Positions 5,783 to 13,242 of a stretch of 27,210 nucleotides of DNA are shown here, piece after piece; the first letter of the stretch is position 1, and each line of letters starts with the position of its first letter. Where the stretch lies: positions 1-27,210 of IMG/VR virus record IMGVR_UViG_3300048902_000103, one strand, 5' to 3'. The notes under the pieces were generated by a model. It searched no databases, was not told where the DNA came from, and saw only the letters and a list, made by a program, of their open reading frames with translations. The position numbers and the translations under genes were made by a program. This DNA is from a virus (lineage: Duplodnaviria > Caudoviricetes).

Positions 5783-8700
5783 ACCACCGCCCGTGGGATC
5801 GCGCGCAGCCGGATGAATGGTTGCCGCGAAACCTGCGGCTATGCTGGGGCGGCTCGAGCGGCGGCGACAGCGGCGGCGGCGGCTTCACCGGCGACAGTGG
5901 CGGCGGCTTCAGTGGCGGGTTTGACGGCGGCTTTAGCGGCGCCACCACCGGCGGTGGCGACTGGGGCAGTTCCGGCTCGTTCGATGCCTCCGGCTTCAAT
6001 GCATCCGGCGATCTCAGCGGCTGGGCGGGTACCGCCTATGATGCCTCGACGGCCGGCACGGGAGCCGGTGGCGGCGGCGACTGGGGCAGTTTCCAGGCCA
6101 CCAGTTACGGCGGCATGAACGCGCCCAATCCGACGTTCGTGGATGTTGCCGGCCCCAATCCTGGCGTGACCACGGGCGGCGGCGACTGGGGTTCGGCCGG
6201 CACTTACAGCGCAGCCGGCACCGGCGGCGGGTTGGGCGGCACCTTCGGCACCTACAGTGGCGGCGGGCCTCTCGGCGGTGGCGGTGGCGGCGGCGGGTTC
6301 TACGGCGACGGCTACGGCGGCGGTGGCGGAGGCGGTGGAGGCGGCGGCAGTTACGGCGGCGGCGGTGGCGGCGGCGGCGGAGGCGGCGGCGGCCGTGGCG
6401 GCTTCGGTGGCTTCAATACTCCCGCCGGCACGACCAGCACGGTAGGCAGCGTTCCGGGCGGCGGCTTCTACGGCAGCAGCAAGGGTAATGACGACGCGGG
6501 CGGCAGAAGCGCTGCGCCCTCTGCGCCCTCTGCGCCCGAAGCCGCGCCGGATGCCGAGCCCGAGGCGCCATCCAAGTCCGACAGCTTGCCCGATGCCGAT
6601 CCCGGTGGGCTGCAGCAGGATACCGAGCCTTCCTCGCAAGGCGCCCCGGCCACACCGGATGCGGATGCTCCGTCACAGACCCAGTCGGTTGCGGCAGCCG
6701 CCGGCAGCAAGGGCGGCGACGAGGGAGGTGGAGGTGGAGGTGGAGGTGGAGGTGGAGGTGGAGGCGGTAGGGGCGGCATCGGCAGCGATTACGCGGCGAG
6801 CCGTGGCACCGACGAGGGCGGTCCTGATGCGGCGGCCATCATCGATGCCGGCCAGCGCGCAGCCGAGACGACCGATTACGGCACTGCGGCAAACATTATC
6901 GCCGGCGATCTGTACGGCAGTCAGCAGACGCCAACCACCGACTATGAGGGCTCGCCCTATGCCGACTTCGGTCCCAGTCAGACATCCGACCGAACATCAT
7001 CGGATGTCACCGACTTCCAAGGTTCGCCCTATGCCGATATGGGGCCGCCCACCACCAGCGGGCGCGAACCCGGATTGCTCAGCAGCATCTACACCGCGCT
7101 CAATCCCAATAATTGGGTCGATATCAACTCACCTACCGGCATGCCGTTTGGGATGCCTACCACCGCATTCGACATGCAGGCGCGCGGCGAGCAGGGCCGG
7201 GGCCCCGATAGTCTCGCCACCCAATTGGGGATCGATAGCCTTGTCGCCGGGCCGTCGCGAGGGTCGCCCGTTTTTGGTGTTACCGGCTTGAATGTCGGCC
7301 CGTTGGTTCACGACCCAACCCAGCAACAAGTCCAGAATGTCGAGGTTGTAGCGCCGCCACCTGCTCCGGAAGTGCAACCACCAGCGCCGGAAGTGCAGTC
7401 GCCGCAGCAACAGCAGGAAGCCCCGCAGCAACAGCCAGAGGCGCCCGCACAGCAACAGCAGCAGGAACAACAACAGGCACAGCAGCAACAGGAAGCAGCA
7501 CAGCAGCAGCAGGAAGCCCCGTCGGGGCAACAGCAGCCGACCGCACCAGTCGAGCAACAGCAGGACGCGCCGCCACCAGCGCTACCGATTTCGCCGGAAG
7601 TGCAACAGGCCGTGCAACAGGCCGTGCAAGAGGCGCAGCAGCAGGCCGCACGAGAGCAGCAACAAGAGCAATCCCGCCAGCCCAGTTTGGTTGATATGCT
7701 GCCGCCGCAAGCGCCGCAGGCTCCATTCTCGCAGCAGCCGACTGCGCCGATCGGCCCGCGCGAGCAGCAGCCCGAGGCCCAACCGCCAGGCGACCAGCCG
7801 CAGCACGATGACGACGCGCCCGAACCAGAGGGAGATCGTAGCACCCCGACTACAGATCGGCCGGGGATCACCCCGCCAGGCAACATTCCCGCCCAGCCCG
7901 GTGCCGTCATTGGACAAAATGGTATCTATTCTAGGTCGGAAACCGACAACAGAAGCAATCCCTATTATCGCGACAGTGGCCGCACCGATTATCCGCAAGG
8001 CCGCCCTGGCGTTGACTTCCGCACCGCCCGACAAGCCGGGATCGAGCCGAATTTTCGCACCGGTGACAACAATGTGAGCGATTTGGACTCGCGCTTAATT
8101 GCGAATATCAATCGCCTGCTCGCCGACCCGCGCACGCCGCAATATGTCCGCGATGAATTGACCGCTAGCAGCGGATATCGTCCGGCGCACCGCGGCGAAG
8201 CTCATGAACATCTGATGGACCCGCGCACGTCGCAAGAAAGTGTCTATACGCGCTATCAAGGCGGTCGCCTTGGCCCAGCAGCCCGGCCCGGTAATTCCAA
8301 TCACGGTCATGGCCGAGCCATCGATTTTCAACACGGTCGAGCGCGGGATTATGTACGCGCCCATGCTCGTGAGTTTGGGCTTCAAACATTGGGCGTTCGC
8401 AACGGCCGAATTTTCGATGAACCTCACATCGAGTTGAGCGACGCGCGTGGCGCTGGCGGCAACCGACCGAGCGCGCAGGAGCAGCAGGACCAGCGCGCAA
8501 TAGATGCGCGCAACCGACAAGAGGCTGCCGCTCGCGGGCTGATACCGGGGCAGCAGCAAACTCAAGTGCCGTTGCCAAGGCCGGGTCCGCTCCCGCGCGA
8601 GGGTGCTGTCGCGCCACCCCCGCAGGAGGCTCAGCAGCCCGCCCCGCCCCGCCCGCCGGCCGATATCCCGCCGCCCGCCCCAACCAATTTGCCGCCCGAC

Positions 8701-10290
8701 GCGCCAACAGATGAGCCAGCAGCGCCGACATCCTTCACACCGCCGGCGCGGGGCCGCGCGGACCCCATGATGTTAAATCGCGCAATAGAGGCAATCGCCG
8801 CCCAGGCCATAAAGGGGATAGGACCCCAAACCACCAGGGAGCAAGCCGAAGCGAAGGGAGCGACAGGAAGGGCAGCATTGATGGCGGCTGGGGTTCCCGC
8901 TCCCATGGCCAGGGCCGCAATGTTGAATACGGCTATCAAGACCGCGACCGCGATGGGTTATGGCCCCAACTATACGGTGTTTGGGATCAATATGTGGTCA
9001 AAGGTCCAAAGCAAGATTGCTGAAGCTATTGATCAGGCAATGCAGGGCTACCAACCGGCCGCACATCCGGCACAGGGCCCGCCCGCGCCGGTCTACGCAC
9101 CCGGCCGGCAAGGGGCGTTGGATCAGCCGTTCCGGGTTGCTGACACCGATCGGGCTGACACCGAGCAAGCCTCGTTGCCCAGCTCGCTGCTCAGCATGCT
9201 GTCACAACTCAATCCCATCAGCACCGCGGAAGCGCGCGGCGTGCGCGGACCATCGCGCGACGAGATCGCCGCCATTGAACTTGCCAGAGAGGGCGGCTCA
9301 ATGGGCGGGCAACCTGGGCGCAGCGTCGTCGGCAGCAAAATCTTCACGTTCTATGCGCCCGGTGCTTCGGGTGCGAAGGGCACGGAAGGCCCGATGATCG
9401 GGTCAAGAGCAAATGCACTGACCACCCTCGATGACATCCGAAGCGGTCGAGCCGATGTCGTTTCACTTGCCGGCCATCCCAGCCAGTTCGGGCAGACGAT
9501 GTTTATCGGCAACATCACCTACACCAGCCCGATCGACGGCAAGACCTACACGCTCAACAATGTCATGGGCCGCGTCGACGACACTGGCGGCGAGTTCAGG
9601 GGGAATGCAAATCCTGACCTGAACCAGTTCGACATCGCGGTCGGCAATTTCGGCAAGGGATGGAATGACACGAGCGCGGGCAAATTTGTCGCCACCAACT
9701 ACGTGACCGCAAATCCGGGCCGCGGTATCGGCTCCGATGTTGCCACCTCGCCGGACGTATCATCGCCGGCCGTTGCAGCTACGCCGCAGGCCGAGCCGGT
9801 TGAGGCCCGCGCTGAAGGCGGCCCGGTGAAAAAAGGCAAGCCTTATCTCGTCGGCGAGGAAGGCCCGGAAGTCATCGTGCCGGACGAGCCGGGCACGGTG
9901 CTGGCGCACATGCCGCAACCGGGCAGGGGCGATCCCAGGATCGGCCGCTGGCCCAAGGTAACAGCCCCGGATTATCCCGGCCGCTACAGGGGCCTTGAGG
10001 GCGGGATCAAGCAAGCAATACGCAATGCGCAAGACCCAGCACCCACTCTGATGGATATGGTCGACAGTGGCCAACTGCGGCTCAATGCCAACTGGCAAAG
10101 GATGCTCAACGATCCGGCGCTGATCGCGCTGGGGCAGTCGCGCATGCGGGACATCACGCAGCCGGGAGACTACGAAGCACCGGAAGTCCCCGCGATCGAC
10201 CAAAGCCCGAACGAGCTGTCCCGGCAGCTGGGCTACGATGCCATTCGCCGGCCGTCACGGCGCGTGATCATCGGCAACAAGAGTTATTAG
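5779..10290 (+). CDS. 1503-aa low-complexity putative virion or ejection protein with M15 peptidase and 3D-like domains
   Basis: ATGA overlap with the GNAT stop. Gly-rich region followed by a Gln/Pro-rich region. SGYR...SNHGHGRAID...DEPHIE (about 8170-8433). TFY...VDDTGG...FDIA (about 9345-9640). RAEGGPV..GKPYLVGEEGPE motif (about 9808-9900). Ends VIIGNKSY. Confidence 0.8.
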   Translation: MNHRPWDRAQPDEWLPRNLRLCWGGSSGGDSGGGGFTGDSGGGFSGGFDGGFSGATTGGGDWGSSGSFDASGFNASGDLSGWAGTAYDASTAGTGAGGGGDWGSFQATSYGGMNAPNPTFVDVAGPNPGVTTGGGDWGSAGTYSAAGTGGGLGGTFGTYSGGGPLGGGGGGGGFYGDGYGGGGGGGGGGGSYGGGGGGGGGGGGGRGGFGGFNTPAGTTSTVGSVPGGGFYGSSKGNDDAGGRSAAPSAPSAPEAAPDAEPEAPSKSDSLPDADPGGLQQDTEPSSQGAPATPDADAPSQTQSVAAAAGSKGGDEGGGGGGGGGGGGGGGRGGIGSDYAASRGTDEGGPDAAAIIDAGQRAAETTDYGTAANIIAGDLYGSQQTPTTDYEGSPYADFGPSQTSDRTSSDVTDFQGSPYADMGPPTTSGREPGLLSSIYTALNPNNWVDINSPTGMPFGMPTTAFDMQARGEQGRGPDSLATQLGIDSLVAGPSRGSPVFGVTGLNVGPLVHDPTQQQVQNVEVVAPPPAPEVQPPAPEVQSPQQQQEAPQQQPEAPAQQQQQEQQQAQQQQEAAQQQQEAPSGQQQPTAPVEQQQDAPPPALPISPEVQQAVQQAVQEAQQQAAREQQQEQSRQPSLVDMLPPQAPQAPFSQQPTAPIGPREQQPEAQPPGDQPQHDDDAPEPEGDRSTPTTDRPGITPPGNIPAQPGAVIGQNGIYSRSETDNRSNPYYRDSGRTDYPQGRPGVDFRTARQAGIEPNFRTGDNNVSDLDSRLIANINRLLADPRTPQYVRDELTASSGYRPAHRGEAHEHLMDPRTSQESVYTRYQGGRLGPAARPGNSNHGHGRAIDFQHGRARDYVRAHAREFGLQTLGVRNGRIFDEPHIELSDARGAGGNRPSAQEQQDQRAIDARNRQEAAARGLIPGQQQTQVPLPRPGPLPREGAVAPPPQEAQQPAPPRPPADIPPPAPTNLPPDAPTDEPAAPTSFTPPARGRADPMMLNRAIEAIAAQAIKGIGPQTTREQAEAKGATGRAALMAAGVPAPMARAAMLNTAIKTATAMGYGPNYTVFGINMWSKVQSKIAEAIDQAMQGYQPAAHPAQGPPAPVYAPGRQGALDQPFRVADTDRADTEQASLPSSLLSMLSQLNPISTAEARGVRGPSRDEIAAIELAREGGSMGGQPGRSVVGSKIFTFYAPGASGAKGTEGPMIGSRANALTTLDDIRSGRADVVSLAGHPSQFGQTMFIGNITYTSPIDGKTYTLNNVMGRVDDTGGEFRGNANPDLNQFDIAVGNFGKGWNDTSAGKFVATNYVTANPGRGIGSDVATSPDVSSPAVAATPQAEPVEARAEGGPVKKGKPYLVGEEGPEVIVPDEPGTVLAHMPQPGRGDPRIGRWPKVTAPDYPGRYRGLEGGIKQAIRNAQDPAPTLMDMVDSGQLRLNANWQRMLNDPALIALGQSRMRDITQPGDYEAPEVPAIDQSPNELSRQLGYDAIRRPSRRVIIGNKSY
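6724..6765 (+). repeat. (GGAGGT)6 GGAGGC tandem repeat encoding poly-Gly
   Basis: Six perfect hexamers read directly from the sequence. Confidence 0.95.
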
Positions 10291-10299
10291 GAGGCAACA

Positions 10300-11136
10300 A
10301 TGGCCGATCCTATGCTGGGCGCTGGCGCCCCGTCCTTGCTGCAGATGGCGCAGGAGGATCAACCGCAGCCGCTGTTCCTCGACCCGATGTTTGCCGGCCC
10401 CGGCGGCTCGTACAATGAACCCACCTATCTCTCTCAGGTCTTTCAGAATGCAGCGCAGTCGAACGTCAACACCGCCGCTCGCGATCTGCTAAATCCGTCG
10501 CAGGCGCAGTTCGGTACCTGGGCTCCAAGCGATCTTGCGGGCAGGGCGGGGGCGTCCGGTCAGCAATTCGCCCACTCCCCTGACATGAACCAATACTTCG
10601 ACGCCTCCGGTCAGCCCCGAGCGGACGACCCGCGAAAGGTGGCAGCCGATGCTGGCATCAACATCCAGCAACTGGCGGGCGGGCTGTCGCCGCGATATGG
10701 CAGCAGATACGGGCGACAAACTCAGGGCTACGACTTCCCCAATGACAAGGGCGGCTTTTTCAAAATCGAGGACCTTTACCGGAACAACCCGCGCGGCGTG
10801 CCGCAAAGCCAAACCTTCGGCCAAGGCGGGCTGTCCACCAACAACTGGCGTCTGTTGGGCATGGGACCGGGTTGGGTCATGCGCAACGGGTTTTTGATCG
10901 ACACCCAGAGCGGCGGCGTTGGCATGGGCGGGCCGGCCGGATGGGTTCCGAGCGGCGGTAACAGCGGCGAGCAGAGCATGCCAGGGCGAGCCACGGCTCT
11001 CGGCGCGGGAACGGCCTATGGCGTGCCCAACATGCTGCAGTCGGGGATGGGGCAGCCGCTGACCTTTGGTTGGCCGGGGGCCACGCAGTGGTTCCACGAT
11101 CCCGGCGCGACGCCCGACGCCGGCATGGGTGGTTAG
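10300..11136 (+). CDS. Hypothetical Gly/Pro/Gln-rich protein, possibly internal to the virion
   Basis: AGGAGG RBS; 278 aa; tight operon spacing. Confidence 0.8.
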   Translation: MADPMLGAGAPSLLQMAQEDQPQPLFLDPMFAGPGGSYNEPTYLSQVFQNAAQSNVNTAARDLLNPSQAQFGTWAPSDLAGRAGASGQQFAHSPDMNQYFDASGQPRADDPRKVAADAGINIQQLAGGLSPRYGSRYGRQTQGYDFPNDKGGFFKIEDLYRNNPRGVPQSQTFGQGGLSTNNWRLLGMGPGWVMRNGFLIDTQSGGVGMGGPAGWVPSGGNSGEQSMPGRATALGAGTAYGVPNMLQSGMGQPLTFGWPGATQWFHDPGATPDAGMGG

Positions 11137-11137
11137 C

Positions 11138-11443
11138 ATGGCCGCCAAGAAAAACCGCGTCTACACCGAAACCTCGCGCAAGAAAATCAGTGCATCGAAG
11201 CTGATCGGCCGGCTGATGGAGCACATCGACGGCAAGATTTCATTGGAAATGTCGCAGGTGCGCGCGATCGACATTTTGTTGAAGAAGATCATTCCCGACC
11301 TGACTAGGACGGAATTGCGCGCCGAGGTGACGCACAATTTCGTAATCGAGGTGCCGGCCACATTGACGCGCGAGCAGTGGTTGGAACGATACAAGGTGCC
11401 GGCGCTGCCGCCGCCCAAAATCAATGGCGGCACGCTGCAGTGA
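11138..11443 (+). CDS. terS: Terminase small subunit (putative)
   Basis: Directly upstream of terL. RKKI-x-x-S-x-L-x-x-RL..H..G...MSQVRAIDILLKK..PDL pattern, seen in small proteins at this position. Confidence 0.7.
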   Translation: MAAKKNRVYTETSRKKISASKLIGRLMEHIDGKISLEMSQVRAIDILLKKIIPDLTRTELRAEVTHNFVIEVPATLTREQWLERYKVPALPPPKINGGTLQ

Positions 11444-11447
11444 TCGC

Positions 11448-12896
11448 ATGGAACAGCAGATCGTCTGGAGTGCCGGGCTAAATCCCGCGCAGTGGTGTCT
11501 GCTCGAATGCCCGGTATTCGAGATTTTTTTCGGCGGCGCCCGCGGCGGCGGCAAGACCGACGCCATGCTGGGCGAGTGGGCCAAGCACGCTGGACTGTAC
11601 AAGGAGCACGCGATCGGCCTGATGATCCGGCGCACGCGAACGGAACTGGTGGAGACGATCGAACGCTCCAAGGAAATCTATGCTCCGCTCGGCTGGGACT
11701 TCAACGAAACCGAGAAGCGCTGGCGCGCCAAGAACGGCGCCAGGCTGCGCTTTGCCTATCTGGAAAGGGACGCCGATGCGGACCAGTACCAGGGCCACTC
11801 GTACACGCGGATCTACGTCGAGGAGGTTGGCAATTTCCCGAGCCCGGCGCCAGTCCTTAAACTCATGGCCACACTTAGATCAGGCGCAGGAGTACCTGTT
11901 GGCCTCCGGGCGACCGGCAACCCTGGTGGTGTCGGGCACCACTGGGTGCGAGCACGCTACGTTGATCCTGCACCCTTGGGACACGAGATCATTGTCGACC
12001 CACTGAGCGGCCTCGAGCGCATCTACATCCCATCGCGGGTGGAGAATAACCAGTACATCGACACCGAGGCCTATAAGCAAAGGTTACGCTCGGCCGGCTC
12101 GGCTGAACTGGTGCGGGCCTGGCTTGACGGTGATTGGTCGGTGGCGATCGGTGCTTTTTTCGACAACTGGTCGAACGACAAGCACGTCATCCGGCCGTTC
12201 GAGATCCCGAAGGCGTGGATGCGTTTTCGCGCCATGGACTGGGGCAGTGCCGCTCCGTTCTGCGTGCAGTGGTACGCCGTGGTTCAGGACGATTACGAAC
12301 TGTCAAGCGAAAAAAGTGGGGTGTTTATTCTCCCTCGGGGGTGCCTGGTTTGCTACCGCGAGTATTACGGCATGGTGCCGGGCAAGCCCAATGTCGGCAT
12401 TAAGCGCCACGCCGACTATGTCGGCAAGGACATCGCCAGGAAGGAAGATGGAGACACTATTTCATATGGCGTGCTTGACCCGAGCGCTTTCGCAGAGGAC
12501 GGCGGCCCCTCCATCGCCGAACGAATTGCGCAAGGCTCCAAGGGTACGGTCTGGTTCCGCCGCGCCGACAACAAGCGGGTGGCGCAGCGTGGTGCAATGG
12601 GTGGCTGGGATCAGCTACGTGCGCGCCTGGAGGGCGACGACGAGGGCCGGCCGATGATCGTGTTCTTCTCCACCTGCGTCGACAGCATCAGAACAATCCC
12701 CTTTCTTCAACACGACGCGGATCATCCTGAGGATCTGCTCACGGACTCGGAAGATCACGCAGCCGATTGCTGCAGATATGCCTGTATGAGCCGGCCTTAT
12801 GTTCCAACAATAGAAAAACCCAAGCCAGAGGACATTTCCGGCTACAAGAAGATGGGCGGCGACAGCGTTCAGCCGGCAGACTGGAAAACCTTTTGA
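11448..12896 (+). CDS. terL: Terminase large subunit
   Basis: Walker A GGARGGGKT, Walker B IYVEE, coupling motif ATGNPGG, and nuclease acidic motifs DWG and DHAAD. Confidence 0.96.
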   Translation: MEQQIVWSAGLNPAQWCLLECPVFEIFFGGARGGGKTDAMLGEWAKHAGLYKEHAIGLMIRRTRTELVETIERSKEIYAPLGWDFNETEKRWRAKNGARLRFAYLERDADADQYQGHSYTRIYVEEVGNFPSPAPVLKLMATLRSGAGVPVGLRATGNPGGVGHHWVRARYVDPAPLGHEIIVDPLSGLERIYIPSRVENNQYIDTEAYKQRLRSAGSAELVRAWLDGDWSVAIGAFFDNWSNDKHVIRPFEIPKAWMRFRAMDWGSAAPFCVQWYAVVQDDYELSSEKSGVFILPRGCLVCYREYYGMVPGKPNVGIKRHADYVGKDIARKEDGDTISYGVLDPSAFAEDGGPSIAERIAQGSKGTVWFRRADNKRVAQRGAMGGWDQLRARLEGDDEGRPMIVFFSTCVDSIRTIPFLQHDADHPEDLLTDSEDHAADCCRYACMSRPYVPTIEKPKPEDISGYKKMGGDSVQPADWKTF

Positions 12897-12905
12897 GATG
12901 GTGGC

Positions 12906-13043
12906 GTGACCTCGCGTCGGCGTAAGCCCAGCTCATCCACGCCGCCGGGAGTGTCCCGCGCCGTGGTGGTGATCGCTTCCACTGCCCTCCTGGTGGTGGC
13001 GATCATCATCTTTCTGTCGTTCGGCGTCCCACTGCTGAAATAA
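12906..13043 (+). CDS. 45-aa single-pass membrane protein (below the ORF-track cutoff)
   Basis: GTG start. [45 protein letters not shown]: basic N-terminus plus a hydrophobic helix. Fills the gap after terL. Confidence 0.6.
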   Translation: MTSRRRKPSSSTPPGVSRAVVVIASTALLVVAIIIFLSFGVPLLK

Positions 13044-13053
13044 GGACATTGTC

Positions 13054-13242
13054 ATGCCGATGCGCAGTCAAGCGCAGCGCGCGGCGATGCATGCCGCCGC
13101 GGCGGGAAAAAGCACGCTCGAAATTCCGAAGAAGGTGGCACAGGAATTCGTCGCGTCCGACCAGGGCGGCAAGCTTCCTTCTCACGTCAACAAGCGCAAG
13201 CCGGTGCTTCACATCGGCCGGAAAAAATACGGTGGCGACTGA
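13054..13242 (+). CDS. Small basic phage protein (MPxxSxAQ...IPxxVAxEF...KLP type) with C-terminal [11 protein letters not shown]
   Basis: AAGGA RBS. TGATG coupling to the portal gene. Confidence 0.8.
   Translation: MPMRSQAQRAAMHAAAAGKSTLEIPKKVAQEFVASDQGGKLPSHVNKRKPVLHIGRKKYGGD

Noticed and set aside
7308-7910. Cys-rich minus-strand ORF resembling a metallothionein or RiPP precursor
   Set aside because: It is the reverse complement of the CAG/CAA Gln tract in the giant gene.
9808-9900. Calling the 1503-aa protein a tape measure protein
   Set aside because: Only the short GGPV/GE.GPE motif matches. There is no long helical repeat body and no tail tube or chaperone genes, and the rest of the module is podovirus-like.
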